63,696 nucleotides of DNA from Erysipelotrichaceae bacterium. Lineage in GTDB: Bacteria; Bacillota_I; Bacilli_A; RFN20; CAG-631. Of the stretch, positions 37,334-48,604 are shown piece by piece (the stretch's first letter is position 1; each line of letters opens with the position of its first letter). The position numbers were made by a program, and so were the translations under genes. Below the pieces are notes generated by a model that saw only the letters and a list, made by a program, of their open reading frames with translations, was not told the origin of the DNA and searched no databases. Location: the NCBI GenBank assembly GCA_022767485.1, contig JALEMY010000092.1, positions 1-63,696 on the forward strand. Direction: 5' to 3'.

Positions 37334-38661
37334 GCGTATTGATAACGTTTTTTATTAGCAAACACAAATATTAAAGCAACAAATAAAGATAAAAACTCTG
37401 CAACAACAATAGATATCCAAATACCATCGACACCAAATAAAGTAGAAAATATTATAACACAAGATATTTGGAAGATTAACGTTCTTAAAAAAGAAATAAA
37501 AGCAGAGACGATACCGTTATTTAATGCTGTAAACATTGATGAAAAGAAAATAACAAAACCAGAAAAACCAAAAGAAAATGAATAGATGTAAAAAGCTCTT
37601 TTAGTAAGTTCAAACAATTCTTTATCATAACTTGCAAACAAAAGTGATATAGGTAAAGCTAATATAATTGCTAACATTACCATAAATATAGAACTAATAC
37701 CGATAATTATTAAACTTTTTTTAAATAAGTTTTTCATTTCTGAAGTGTTTTTAGCGCCATAGTTATAACCAATAAGAGGAGCACAACCCATAGAATATCC
37801 TATAAATATTGCAAGAAAAATAAAGTTAATATACATTAAAACACCATAAGCAGCAACGCCATTATCGCCACTTTTTTCAAGTAAAATGTAGTTGAAAATA
37901 ATAGCTACTAATGAACCTGAAATATTGCTTACAAATTCCGATAAGCCATTGCTACAAGTTTTAACTAAAATTTTTAATCTAAATGGACCTTTACTTAAAT
38001 GCAATATGCAATTTTTCGCTTTTATAAAGTATATAATTGGTATGATAGCGCCGACAAATTGACTGATTATTGTAGCAAGGGCAGCACCTTTAATTCCAAG
38101 TGGAATAATAGCTACAAGTAAAGCATCAAGAATGATATTCATAACTCCAGAAAAAATGGTTATTAAAAAACCAAGTGTTGGTTTTTCTGCAACATTAAAA
38201 AAAGTTTGAAAGGCAATTTGTAACATAAAAAAAGGAATGCCGATTAAAAATATTCTTCCATATGTTAGACAATATGGATAAAGTACATCATCTGCTTTGA
38301 ATATTTTAATAACATTTGGTAATAATAATTGTCCAACAATAACAAATATTATTCCAATTATAAAAGTAAAATAAATTAAAAACGAAAAGTATTCATTGGC
38401 TAGTTTATCCTTTTTTTCTCCAAATGTTTTAGAAACAATAGCGCTTCCTCCAGCTCCAACCATAAAACCTATTGCACCTAAAATCATAAAGAAAGGATAA
38501 ATTAAGTTTACCGCTACAAACGGGTCTTTCCCTGCAAAATTTGAAATGAAAAGTCCATCTATAACACAATATATTGAAGAAAATATCATCATAATGATAC
38601 TTGGAAGCACGTATCTTATTAATCTTTTATAAGTAAAGTGATCAGACAGTTTTATTTTCAT
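37330..38661 (-). CDS. MATE-family efflux transporter
   Basis: 443 aa with 12 hydrophobic segments. The N-terminal PSIIMMIFSSIYCVIDGLFISNF and the duplicated architecture are typical of MATE. SD AAAGGAG. Confidence 0.88.
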   Translation of the reverse strand: MKIKLSDHFTYKRLIRYVLPSIIMMIFSSIYCVIDGLFISNFAGKDPFVAVNLIYPFFMILGAIGFMVGAGGSAIVSKTFGEKKDKLANEYFSFLIYFTFIIGIIFVIVGQLLLPNVIKIFKADDVLYPYCLTYGRIFLIGIPFFMLQIAFQTFFNVAEKPTLGFLITIFSGVMNIILDALLVAIIPLGIKGAALATIISQFVGAIIPIIYFIKAKNCILHLSKGPFRLKILVKTCSNGLSEFVSNISGSLVAIIFNYILLEKSGDNGVAAYGVLMYINFIFLAIFIGYSMGCAPLIGYNYGAKNTSEMKNLFKKSLIIIGISSIFMVMLAIILALPISLLFASYDKELFELTKRAFYIYSFSFGFSGFVIFFSSMFTALNNGIVSAFISFLRTLIFQISCVIIFSTLFGVDGIWISIVVAEFLSLFVALIFVFANKKRYQYA

Positions 38662-38797
38662 TTATGAGTACTCCTTTTTGATATTGTAATAAGAAATAAA
38701 CATATTGTCAATCAACTATAGTTTATCCATTTTTTTATTTGTTAGTTAATTCGTGATAAAAGTATGGTATAATAGCCATGTAGGAAGTGATAATATG

Positions 38798-39373
38798 AAA
38801 TTGATTGTGGGTCTTGGAAATCCTGGAAATAAATATGATAAAACAAGACATAATGTTGGGTTTATGTTTATTGACCATTATGCAAAAGAAAAAAAATGCA
38901 TGGACTATAAAGAAAAATTCCATGGCCTATTGACATCCTTTTTTGCTGGTGAAGAGCAAGTATATTTATTTAAGCCATTGACGTATATGAATCTTTCTGG
39001 TCAAGCAATACTTGAAATCAGTCAATATTATCATATTCCCCACCAAGATATTTTAGTTGTATACGATGACAAGGATTTACCATTTGCATCTTTGCGCTTA
39101 AGAGTTAAAGGTAATCCTGGTTCACATAATGGGATGAAAAATATCACAATGTTATTAAATGATACATCTTTTTATCGTATCCGTGTTGGTATTGGTTGTC
39201 CTTCAAATGGTATGGATATGGTCGATTTTGTTTTATCAAAGTTTAATAAAGAGGAAATCGAATTATTGAACAAATCATTTGTTGATGTAGCTAAATCATG
39301 CGATTTATTTATTAACAACAAATTTGATTTAGCGATGAATCGCTATAATGTTAGGAAAAGTGATGAAAAATAA
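38798..39373 (+). CDS. pth: Peptidyl-tRNA hydrolase
   Basis: MKLIVGLGNPGNKYDKTRHNVGF and GSHNGMKN signatures. The ATG at 38798 follows AGGAAGTGA. The ORF-track start at 38753 is an extension. Confidence 0.92.
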   Translation, partial: KLIVGLGNPGNKYDKTRHNVGFMFIDHYAKEKKCMDYKEKFHGLLTSFFAGEEQVYLFKPLTYMNLSGQAILEISQYYHIPHQDILVVYDDKDLPFASLRLRVKGNPGSHNGMKNITMLLNDTSFYRIRVGIGCPSNGMDMVDFVLSKFNKEEIELLNKSFVDVAKSCDLFINNKFDLAMNRYNVRKSDEK

Positions 39374-42300
39374 TTATTTAAATGTTTTTACAAAGACTTT
39401 TGAAAATATTTTAGAAGCAAACAACGTTATTCATTGTAGCAATGATGAATCCTTTGCTTTTTTTGTCTTTCATCAATTTATTAAACATCCAAGGCAATAT
39501 ATTATCGTTTTAGATAATTTACTTTCTTGTCAAGAATTATACGATAAATTATCTCGCTTGCTTAATGGTAAGGTATTTATGTATTGTGTCGATGAAGTAA
39601 CAAAATTTACTTCATTAGCTACATCTCCTGAAATGCTTTCTTTAAGATTATATATTTTAAATAAACTACTTGAAGATGAGCCGATGATTGTAGTGACTCA
39701 TACAATGGCAATTACTCGTTATGTCCCAAGTAAAGAAATTTTTCTTTCTTTATCTAAAGTAATTTCTTTAAATGATGAATGTGAATTGTTGCCACTAATT
39801 CAACATTTAATTCATATTGGATATAAAAATGTTTTAAAAGTAACACAGCCATTTGAATATTCATATAGAGGTGGAGTTATCGATATTTTTTCTGTTAATT
39901 ATGATAAACCATTTAGAATAGAGTTTTTCGATAAATATGTTGATAGTATTCGCTTTTTCGATGTTGACACACAAAGAACTCTTCATGTTACAAATAGTGT
40001 TAAAATTATTCCTGCTACAGAATTTTTAGTAAACGATGTAAAAAGTGGAGTCTTAAAAATCAAAGAAGAGGCAAAAAAACAAATAATCAGATGCAAAAAT
40101 AATTTGCAACTTGAACACACAATCAATGAAGATATTGAAAAAATAATGTCTTATGATTTTTCAGAACAAATATATCGTTATTATACATTTTTTAATACCT
40201 ATTCGACATTTGCAAGTTACGTAGAAAATAAAATGATTTATATTGTCGATGAAGAAAAGATAAAAAATAGCGAGAAATTCATCAATGATGAAATGCTTCT
40301 TCAAGATGAAAAAAATTTTGAAGATGGTTTGACACTTTTATTTTTAAATATGTTTTCAACATATAAAGAATTTAAAAATAGTGTTTTATATAAACATTTT
40401 TTCTCTACCGATATTTGCAATGAAATTGTAGAGTTAAATTATACAAAAATAGATACTTTTGATTTCAATTTAGAAATGCTTTATAAGCAAATTATGGAAT
40501 TTGTTTTTTTAAATTACACGATATACATTGGCTTAGACTTTAAAATTCATTTTGACTCATTAAGAAATTTTTTTGAACAAAAAGGTTTAAATTATCATGT
40601 GGTTGAAACACCTGATGAAGAATTTAAAAAAGGAGTTAACATCGGTAATTTTGATTTGAATATCGGCTTATCTTTCCCTTTAGAAAAACTTTGCATCATT
40701 GGAGAAGATGAAATATTTAAAAAGAAATATAAACCATTAGTATCTCAATTTTCACGATATAAAAATGCGATAACTATAGAAAGTGTTAATGATTTACAAA
40801 TCGGAGATTATTTAGTTCATGAAACTCATGGCATAGGTATATATCAAGGAATAGAAACATTATTAAATAACTCAATTCATCGAGATTATATGAAAATTGT
40901 CTATCGAAATGATGATGTTTTATTCTTACCTTTAGAACAATTTAAATTAGTAAGGAAATATGTTTCTAAAGAAGGTGTTGTTCCTAAAATTAATAAACTT
41001 GGTTCTAAAGAATGGGAAAACACAAAAAAGAAAGTAAGTGAAAAAGTTAATGAAGTTGCTGATAAATTGATTGCTTTATATTTGCAAAGAGCCAAGAAGA
41101 AAGGTTTTGCTTTTGCACCAGATGATGATTTTCAAATGTCTTTTGAAAATGACTTTGGTTATGAATTAACGAAAGACCAAAAGCAAGTTTTAAAAGAAAT
41201 TAAACAAGATATGGAAAGTGATAATATAATGGACCGTTTGCTTGTTGGTGATGTTGGCTTTGGAAAAACCGAGATTGCTTTTCGTGCAGCATTTAAAGCG
41301 ATAAATAGCGGAAAACAAGTAGCTCTTTTATGTCCTACAACGTTACTTGCAAGACAGCATTATTTAACCGCAATTGATCGCTTTAGAAACTTTGGCGTGC
41401 GTATTAGCTTGCTTTCTCGTAAAGTTAGTGAAAAAGATAGCAATAGGATATTAAAAGATTTAGCAAACGGAAATCTTGATTTTATAATTGGCACTCATAG
41501 GATATTAAGCGCTGATGTAGTATTTAAAGATTTAGGTTTATTAATAGTTGATGAAGAACATAAATTCGGGGTAGAACATAAAGAAAAAATAAAAGAATAT
41601 AAACAAAATATAGATGTTTTGACACTTACTGCCACGCCAATTCCTCGAACTTTACAAATGGCTATGACAGGGGTTAGAGGTTTTTCTTATATTAATACAC
41701 CAATTGAAAATCGTATGCCAGTGCAAACATATGTTATTAAAAAAGATAATAGGGCGATTAAGGAAATTATTGAAAGAGAACTTGCTCGCAAAGGACAAGT
41801 ATATTATCTATGCAATAGAATAGAAAGATTATCTTTTATTAAAAATGAACTTGAAAAAAACATTAAAAATGCTAAAGTAGCTATTGCCCATGGAAAGCTT
41901 AGCGTTGAACAAACAGAAGACATTATGCAAAGTTTTATCAATAATGAATATAATATTTTGCTTTGTACAACTATTATAGAAAATGGTATTGATATTTCAA
42001 ATGTCAATACGATCATCGTTGAAAATGCAGATTGTTTTGGCTTGTCTCAATTATATCAAATTAAAGGTCGTGTGGGCAGATCTAATCGCTTAGCTTATGC
42101 ATATTTACTATATGATGCTAATAAAGAATTAAATGAAATAGCTAAAAAAAGATTGCAGACGATTAAAGAATTTACATCTTTAGGTTCAGGATATAAAATT
42201 GCTATGAGAGATTTAATAACTAGAGGAGCAGGAGATTTACTTGGAACTGAACAATCTGGTTTTATAGAAACAGTAGGAATAGATATGTATATTGAAATGC

Positions 42301-42833
42301 TTCATAATGCGATTATTAAAAAGCAAAATAATATTGAAGATAAAAAAGAAGAAACAAAAGTCAATCCTAAAGTTATGTTACAAATTGATGCTTACATTCC
42401 AAATAATTATTTTAACAATGATTATGAAAAGATTGATTTATATAAGCGAATTGATGCTACAAGTAGTTTTGATGAATTAAATACTCTTAAAGAAGAAATG
42501 ATAGATGAAACAGGGAAACTACCTCAAACTATCAATTTGCTTTTTGAAAAAAGGGAACTAGATTTATCTATTTCTTATAATATTATCGATAGTTTTAATG
42601 ATTATGATAAGTGCTTTATTATGTCAATCGACAAAAGTTTTATGAAATATAAAGATATTGGAATTAAAATATTTGACATAGCTTGTCAAGTTAGTAACGA
42701 TATTTCATTAAAATATAAAATTAATAAAATTGAATGTCAAATTGTTAAAAAAAGCGATTATATTTCTATAGCTATTAACTTTATAAGAAAGTTAAGAGAA
42801 TTAAAAACAAAATTAATGGAGGCAAGTGAATGA
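39363..42833 (+). CDS. mfd: Transcription-repair coupling factor
   Basis: About 1156 aa. CarD/TRCF RNAP-interaction region (GDYLVHETHGIG), helicase motifs (GDVGFGKTE, VDEEHKFG, TATPIPRT, QIKGRVGRS) and a TRG region. It lies directly after pth as in Bacillus. Confidence 0.93.
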   Translation: MKNNYLNVFTKTFENILEANNVIHCSNDESFAFFVFHQFIKHPRQYIIVLDNLLSCQELYDKLSRLLNGKVFMYCVDEVTKFTSLATSPEMLSLRLYILNKLLEDEPMIVVTHTMAITRYVPSKEIFLSLSKVISLNDECELLPLIQHLIHIGYKNVLKVTQPFEYSYRGGVIDIFSVNYDKPFRIEFFDKYVDSIRFFDVDTQRTLHVTNSVKIIPATEFLVNDVKSGVLKIKEEAKKQIIRCKNNLQLEHTINEDIEKIMSYDFSEQIYRYYTFFNTYSTFASYVENKMIYIVDEEKIKNSEKFINDEMLLQDEKNFEDGLTLLFLNMFSTYKEFKNSVLYKHFFSTDICNEIVELNYTKIDTFDFNLEMLYKQIMEFVFLNYTIYIGLDFKIHFDSLRNFFEQKGLNYHVVETPDEEFKKGVNIGNFDLNIGLSFPLEKLCIIGEDEIFKKKYKPLVSQFSRYKNAITIESVNDLQIGDYLVHETHGIGIYQGIETLLNNSIHRDYMKIVYRNDDVLFLPLEQFKLVRKYVSKEGVVPKINKLGSKEWENTKKKVSEKVNEVADKLIALYLQRAKKKGFAFAPDDDFQMSFENDFGYELTKDQKQVLKEIKQDMESDNIMDRLLVGDVGFGKTEIAFRAAFKAINSGKQVALLCPTTLLARQHYLTAIDRFRNFGVRISLLSRKVSEKDSNRILKDLANGNLDFIIGTHRILSADVVFKDLGLLIVDEEHKFGVEHKEKIKEYKQNIDVLTLTATPIPRTLQMAMTGVRGFSYINTPIENRMPVQTYVIKKDNRAIKEIIERELARKGQVYYLCNRIERLSFIKNELEKNIKNAKVAIAHGKLSVEQTEDIMQSFINNEYNILLCTTIIENGIDISNVNTIIVENADCFGLSQLYQIKGRVGRSNRLAYAYLLYDANKELNEIAKKRLQTIKEFTSLGSGYKIAMRDLITRGAGDLLGTEQSGFIETVGIDMYIEMLHNAIIKKQNNIEDKKEETKVNPKVMLQIDAYIPNNYFNNDYEKIDLYKRIDATSSFDELNTLKEEMIDETGKLPQTINLLFEKRELDLSISYNIIDSFNDYDKCFIMSIDKSFMKYKDIGIKIFDIACQVSNDISLKYKINKIECQIVKKSDYISIAINFIRKLRELKTKLMEASE

Positions 42834-43438
42834 AGTGTTTCATCATTGTAAATGAAAATATTTATAAGAAGTATAAAGAGGATATCTTGCCCTTAAATGC
42901 GAGGCTTTTTACTAATCCTTATTTTTATGATTTAGCAAATTATAAGACGCCAAGTTCATTAACAGGAATTATTGATTATTTAAAATATTTTGATGAAATA
43001 TCAATTTATACATCTTCAACTTTTTTAGATTTTGTAAATATCTTGTTGATTGTGTCTTTTTTTAAAGAAAAAAATTATCAAAAAAAGATTGAGATTTCCT
43101 ATTTTCTTGATTACTTTAAACCTTTTAATGAGGCTGTTATAATTAAAAATTCTTTCACAATAAACGATTTTGATAATGTCGATGATATATTAAAGAAAAT
43201 GAAAAATAATGAAAAGATAGATAATATTAAATTGCCTCTTTTAGGTACTAATAATTATTTAAATTTTTATAATTTATTATGCGATAACGATCTTTTTAAC
43301 CTTGTGGTTGAAGAATTGATTGATAAATACGATAATGACCTTAAAGTAGTTGCTAAAAACCTTGAAAGTAGATATTCTAATATGGCTTTATCTTCATCTT
43401 TTTATGAAGAAAAATTAAAACAGTTAATTGGGGAATAA
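42830..43438 (+). CDS. Hypothetical protein (202 aa)
   Basis: Its ATG overlaps the mfd stop (ATGA), and it ends 2 nt before tilS. No motif recognised. Confidence 0.5.
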   Translation: MKCFIIVNENIYKKYKEDILPLNARLFTNPYFYDLANYKTPSSLTGIIDYLKYFDEISIYTSSTFLDFVNILLIVSFFKEKNYQKKIEISYFLDYFKPFNEAVIIKNSFTINDFDNVDDILKKMKNNEKIDNIKLPLLGTNNYLNFYNLLCDNDLFNLVVEELIDKYDNDLKVVAKNLESRYSNMALSSSFYEEKLKQLIGE

Positions 43439-43440
43439 AT

Positions 43441-44652
43441 ATGATATTTAATTATGATTTGAATGATACTTATTTAATGGCATGTTCAGGTGGGCCAGAT
43501 TCCATGGCTCTTTTAGATATGCTTTTAAAACAAAAATATAAGATTATTGTAGCCCATGTGAACTATAAAACGAGAAAAGAAAGCGATGATGAAGAGCGAT
43601 TAGTAAAAAAGTATTGCAAAAGTCATAATATCATGTGTTATGTAACATATTTTAACAAATCTTATCGAGGATCATTTGAAGCGATAGCTAGAGAATTTCG
43701 CTATGACTTTTTTGCTGATTTATACGAAAAATATGATTGTAAAGGGCTTTTTGTAGCTCATCATAAAGATGACTTATTAGAAACATATTTATTAAAAAAA
43801 CAAAGGAATGTAGTTAATGAGTCTTATTTAATCTTAAAGGAAACTATTATAAAAAACATGAAAGTTTTACGTCCTTTACTTTATGAATGTGATAAAGAGT
43901 ATCTACTAAATTATTGTAAGGATAATGATATTCCTTATGGGATTGATAGTAGCAATTTTTCATCTGTTCATCCAAGAAATGTCATTCGTAAAAATTTAAT
44001 AAATGCTAATAAAGAAATGTTATTAAAACAAGCGTTAAAAGATGAAGAAAAACTTATTAATACGAGAAATGATGTCAAAGATTTTATTAAGTTTTATCCT
44101 GTATATACCATTTCTTTATTAAGTGAAAAAGATGATTTATGGCTTATGATATTTTTATATGAATTATGCGAGAAAAACTACAAAAAATATATTGTTAAAT
44201 CATTATTATTAACATTGAAAAATTATTTGAAAAGCGACAAATCTAATTTGTATTATAAAATAGCTGATGATTATTATTTGGAAAAAAATTATCAACAAAT
44301 AGCTTTCAACCATAGAAATATTAATTCTTTTTCATATGTGTTTGATAAATTGCAATATGTCGCAACATCGAATTTTAAAATAGTAAATAGTGGTTTAAAA
44401 ATGCAAGGGATCTATGTTTCTAATGATGATTTTCCTATTACGATTAGATCGTATAACAATGATGATAAAATAACTTTGAAAGAGGGAAGTAAAAAAGTTA
44501 GTAGACTATTTATTGATAAAAAAATTCCTCTTCTTGAAAGAAGTAAAATACCAGTTATTGAAAATTGTCATCATGAAATCATTTTTGTCTATAAGCTATA
44601 TAGGAAATACGGTTATAAAAATGTTAAAAATAACCTTTTTCTCGATATGTAA
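43441..44652 (+). CDS. tilS: tRNA(Ile)-lysidine synthetase
   Basis: PP-loop ACSGGPDSMAL, and HHKDDLLET. It lies upstream of ftsH as in other Firmicutes. Confidence 0.85.
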   Translation: MIFNYDLNDTYLMACSGGPDSMALLDMLLKQKYKIIVAHVNYKTRKESDDEERLVKKYCKSHNIMCYVTYFNKSYRGSFEAIAREFRYDFFADLYEKYDCKGLFVAHHKDDLLETYLLKKQRNVVNESYLILKETIIKNMKVLRPLLYECDKEYLLNYCKDNDIPYGIDSSNFSSVHPRNVIRKNLINANKEMLLKQALKDEEKLINTRNDVKDFIKFYPVYTISLLSEKDDLWLMIFLYELCEKNYKKYIVKSLLLTLKNYLKSDKSNLYYKIADDYYLEKNYQQIAFNHRNINSFSYVFDKLQYVATSNFKIVNSGLKMQGIYVSNDDFPITIRSYNNDDKITLKEGSKKVSRLFIDKKIPLLERSKIPVIENCHHEIIFVYKLYRKYGYKNVKNNLFLDM

Positions 44653-44713
44653 TAATTGCAGTTTTTAATACATAAAATGATAAAAAATACCATTTTAGGT
44701 AACAATAAAAATA

Positions 44714-44731
44714 AATCAATATATATTGATT
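44714..44731. repeat. Perfect 18-bp palindrome overlapping the putative ftsH -35 box
   Basis: AATCAATATATATTGATT is its own reverse complement. Confidence 0.8.
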
Positions 44732-44753
44732 ATTTTTCTAATTGTGATACAAT
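44726..44753 (+). promoter_or_regulatory. Putative sigma-A promoter of ftsH
   Basis: TTGATT (44726-44731), a 16-nt spacer, then TGATACAAT (extended -10, TACAAT at 44748-44753). It is 41 nt upstream of the ftsH ATG. Confidence 0.45.
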
Positions 44754-44794
44754 AGACTAAAGCGCTTTTATAGTGCTTAAAAGGAGGATAAAAA

Positions 44795-46882
44795 ATGAAC
44801 AATCCAAATATGTATACAGGCAAACAAAAAAAGTCTAATAGTATAAAATATTTTATTATATGGGGAGTTATACTTGTTGCCATTATCGCACTTATATCTT
44901 TCTCATCTCAACTTTCTAGAAGTTTGACATATTCATGGAATATTAATGAATTTGAATATGCCTTAACTGGTAATGTTTCAACTATTAAAGATGATGATGA
45001 CATTGATAATTATGTTGATACAATGAATTTTGCTACAAATTATAATTTTTCAAAGGATAGAGTTGCAGCAATTGAAGTCAATTTAGGATATATAAAATCT
45101 GAAGCAGTTGTTGTTTATTATACTAACGAAAATAAAAAAGCAGTAGCTACTCTTGAGTGGTCAGCAAATGAAGATTATATTATTCGTGTAGAAAATGCAA
45201 TTAGTGACTTAGATTATTTTTATAAAAGCCATAATCTAGAACTTTTTAAGTTGTCTAGAGAAGATAAGACTAATTCATTTACATTTGTAGATTTTATAAT
45301 CTACTTTTTACCTACAATTTTGATGGTTGTATTAATGGTATTTTTATTCCGCGGAATAATGAAGTCACAAGGTGGAGCAGGCGGAGCAATGGATTTTGGA
45401 AAATCAAAAGCACGTCTTGAAGATGCATCAAAAACTCGTTTTAGCGATGTTGCCGGATGTGAAGATGAAAAAGCGGAAATGCAAGAAATTGTTGATTATT
45501 TGAAAAATCCTAGAAAATATGCAAAAGCGGGAGCAAGAATTCCAAATGGCGTTATCTTAAAAGGACAACCAGGTACTGGTAAAACATTGTTAGCAAGAGC
45601 TGTTGCTGGAGAAGCAAATGTACCATTTTATTATATTTCAGGTTCTGATTTCCTTGAAATGTTTGTTGGTGTAGGTGCTAGCCGTGTTAGAGACATGTTT
45701 AAAAAAGCTCGTTCTACAGCCCCATGTATTGTCTTTATTGATGAAATCGATGCTATCGGTCGTCAAAGAGGAACAGGCCTTGGTGGTGGACACGATGAAA
45801 GAGAACAAACATTGAACCAATTACTTGTTGAAATGGATGGCTTTGAAGCAAACTCTGGTGTAATTGTCTTAGCAGCTACTAACAGAGTTGACGTATTAGA
45901 TCCAGCATTATTAAGACCTGGACGTTTCGATAGACAAATTGAGGTATCTTTACCTGATATTAAAGGTAGAATAGCAATTTTACAAGTTCATGCTCGTAAT
46001 AAAGATTTAGCAAGTGATGTTTCACTTGAATCTGTTGCTAAACGTACTCCTGGTTTTTCAGGTGCTCAATTAGAAAATGTATTAAATGAAGCAGCTATAT
46101 TATCAGTTAGAAGCAATCATGACAAGATTTCCTCTTCAGATATCGATGAAGCTATCGATAGAGTAATGGGAGGCCCTGCTAAAAAGACAAGAGTCATCAG
46201 TGATAGATGTAAGAAAATGGTTGCTTACCATGAAGCAGGTCACGCAGTTGTTGGATTAAAAGTAGCTGATGCTGAAGTTGTTCAAAAAATTACTATTATT
46301 CCACGTGGTGATGCTGGTGGATATGTATTAATGACTCCAAAAGATGATAGTTATTTGCAAACTAAAGGTGAATTAACAGCGAAGATTACTTCATATTTAG
46401 CTGGTAGAGCTTCTGAAGAAATCTTCTTTGAAGACATTACTACTGGTGCAGTTTCTGATATTGAAAGAGCTACAAATATTGCTCGTGCAATGGTAACATA
46501 TTTAGGTATGTCACCTTTAGGACCAATCAAATATGAAACTTCTGCAGATGAAGTATTTTTAGGAAGAGATTATGGCTCTGCTAATAAGATTTCCGGTGCA
46601 GTAGCAAACGAAATTGATATTGAAGTAAGAAAGATTATTGATGGCTGTTTAGCTGTTGCTAAAAAGACAATTGAAGATAATAAGGATTTGTTAATTTTAA
46701 TTGCTGAAGCATTGTTAAAATATGAAACAATTACAGCTGATGAAATTGAGTTTTTAGTACAATATGGCTCACTTGACGCTTATGATGCTTATAAACAAAA
46801 TTCAGAAAATCTAGCTAAGAAAAATGCTGTAAATGAAACATCAACACTAAATCAAGAAGATGATAATAATGAAGGAAAATAA
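44795..46882 (+). CDS. ftsH: ATP-dependent zinc metalloprotease FtsH
   Basis: Two TM segments, AAA+ Walker A GQPGTGKT, Walker [13 protein letters not shown], and the zinc site HEAGHA. SD AAGGAGG. Confidence 0.96.
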   Translation: MNNPNMYTGKQKKSNSIKYFIIWGVILVAIIALISFSSQLSRSLTYSWNINEFEYALTGNVSTIKDDDDIDNYVDTMNFATNYNFSKDRVAAIEVNLGYIKSEAVVVYYTNENKKAVATLEWSANEDYIIRVENAISDLDYFYKSHNLELFKLSREDKTNSFTFVDFIIYFLPTILMVVLMVFLFRGIMKSQGGAGGAMDFGKSKARLEDASKTRFSDVAGCEDEKAEMQEIVDYLKNPRKYAKAGARIPNGVILKGQPGTGKTLLARAVAGEANVPFYYISGSDFLEMFVGVGASRVRDMFKKARSTAPCIVFIDEIDAIGRQRGTGLGGGHDEREQTLNQLLVEMDGFEANSGVIVLAATNRVDVLDPALLRPGRFDRQIEVSLPDIKGRIAILQVHARNKDLASDVSLESVAKRTPGFSGAQLENVLNEAAILSVRSNHDKISSSDIDEAIDRVMGGPAKKTRVISDRCKKMVAYHEAGHAVVGLKVADAEVVQKITIIPRGDAGGYVLMTPKDDSYLQTKGELTAKITSYLAGRASEEIFFEDITTGAVSDIERATNIARAMVTYLGMSPLGPIKYETSADEVFLGRDYGSANKISGAVANEIDIEVRKIIDGCLAVAKKTIEDNKDLLILIAEALLKYETITADEIEFLVQYGSLDAYDAYKQNSENLAKKNAVNETSTLNQEDDNNEGK

Positions 46883-47771
46883 AAGTGTTTTATATAAATA
46901 TTTGGTTTTGAATAAGCAAGCACGTCTTATAACTTCTTTTACGACAGATGTTGTCAATGATTATTGTAAAAATATTATGGCAACACCTGTTGTAGTAGCA
47001 ACAATGGGGCGTTTAATTACGGCAACATTGATGATGGGAAGTATGCTTAAAGGCAATGAGTCAGTTATGGTAAGCATCGATGGAGATGGTCCAATAGGAA
47101 TAATTCGTGCTGAAGCAGATTCAGTTGGCCATGTTCGAGCATATGCTTCTCATCCTGAAGTAAGCGCTCCTTTAAATGATCGTAAAATGCTAAATGTAGC
47201 TGCTGTTGTTGGTAGCAATGGGACACTTTCTGTTCGTAAGCAATTAAATATGAAAGAGCCATTTATTGGTACTTGTGAACTTGTAAGTGGAGAAATTGGT
47301 GAAGATATTAGTTATTATTTTGGAGTAAGTGAACAAACACCAACTATCGTTGCACTTGGAGTGCTTTTAAATACCGATGGTACTTGTAAACAAGCTGGTG
47401 GGTTTATGATTCAACTTCTTCCTAACGCTACAAGTGAGGCATATGATTATTTAGATAATTTATTAAAGAACCTAACATCGGTTTCAAAATTGATTGAAGA
47501 GGCTACATCACCACAAGATTTTGCCTTAAAATTATTTGATGAGGTTGATGAATTGTTCAATTATGAATTGAAATATCAATGTTCATGTTCACTTGAAAAA
47601 ACTAAGGAACTTATAACGCAATTAAGTTTTAAAGAATTAGATGAAGCGATAAAGGACAATAAAGGTTTAGATGTCACATGTAATTTTTGTAGCCATACAT
47701 ATCATTTATCAGATGATGATTTAAAAGATGTTATTAATATGAAAAAAGAAAATCATTTTCAGGTAAAATAA
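46869..47771 (+). CDS. hslO: Hsp33 redox-regulated chaperonin
   Basis: Hsp33 fold with C-terminal CSC-x(n)-CNFC zinc centre (YQCSCS ... TCNFCSHTY). Start is at 46869 or 46860. Confidence 0.9.
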   Translation: MKENKSVLYKYLVLNKQARLITSFTTDVVNDYCKNIMATPVVVATMGRLITATLMMGSMLKGNESVMVSIDGDGPIGIIRAEADSVGHVRAYASHPEVSAPLNDRKMLNVAAVVGSNGTLSVRKQLNMKEPFIGTCELVSGEIGEDISYYFGVSEQTPTIVALGVLLNTDGTCKQAGGFMIQLLPNATSEAYDYLDNLLKNLTSVSKLIEEATSPQDFALKLFDEVDELFNYELKYQCSCSLEKTKELITQLSFKELDEAIKDNKGLDVTCNFCSHTYHLSDDDLKDVINMKKENHFQVK

Positions 47772-47774
47772 TTT

Positions 47775-48596
47775 ATGTGGGTTGCACTTTTAATAATTAG
47801 TGTTGTAATTATTATTTTATTAATAATAAAAACAATAATAGATACTAAAAAAATATTAACAATTCATTATCGATTAGAAGATGGAAATCTTTATAAAATT
47901 GATTCATGTGATTCTATTGATAAAGAAATTAAAATAGTGTTTTTTTCTGATTTACACATTGGTAAACTTTTAAAAAAAGAAGAATTAGCTAAGCAAGTTA
48001 TAAAACTAAAACAATTAAATGGCGACATTTATTTATTTGGCGGAGATTTAATAGGTAGCAAAACAAATAAGTATTATGATGAAAAAATACTGTCAAAGTG
48101 TTTTGAACCATTAAAAAATAAAAGTTGTTATGCGATATATGGCAATCACGAATATAAAATTGAAAGAAATATTACTATTAATGAAAAGCATAATTTATTT
48201 AATGCTATGGGTTTTAAAGTGCTTGATAATGATAGCGTAATATTTAAAAAAGATGGGTTATCATTATCAATTTATGGGATGAATGATACGTTATATAATC
48301 ACGCTGTTTTACCATTAAAAAAATACGATTTGATTCTTTCTCATGAAGGTGATGTAGTTGATAATATTTCTTCACAAGTTATTTTGTCTGGTCATACTCA
48401 TGGTGGGCAAATAAAATTGCCATTTATTCCACTTTATTATCGCCCTAAGTATGGTAGAAAATACACATATGGTTTGCATGAAAAAAATCAATCAAAATTG
48501 TTGGTAACAAGTGGACTTGGTTTTGGAAAATTAAGACTTCGCTTGTTTGCTCGTAGGGAAATTGTAGTTATTCATTTTACAAAAAATGAAAGGTAG
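47775..48596 (+). CDS. Membrane-anchored calcineurin-type metallophosphoesterase (YkuE-like)
   Basis: N-terminal TM segment, then FFSDLHIG, GGDL, GNHE and GHTHGGQ motifs. Confidence 0.8.
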   Translation: MWVALLIISVVIIILLIIKTIIDTKKILTIHYRLEDGNLYKIDSCDSIDKEIKIVFFSDLHIGKLLKKEELAKQVIKLKQLNGDIYLFGGDLIGSKTNKYYDEKILSKCFEPLKNKSCYAIYGNHEYKIERNITINEKHNLFNAMGFKVLDNDSVIFKKDGLSLSIYGMNDTLYNHAVLPLKKYDLILSHEGDVVDNISSQVILSGHTHGGQIKLPFIPLYYRPKYGRKYTYGLHEKNQSKLLVTSGLGFGKLRLRLFARREIVVIHFTKNER

Positions 48597-48604
48597 TTAA
48601 AAAA

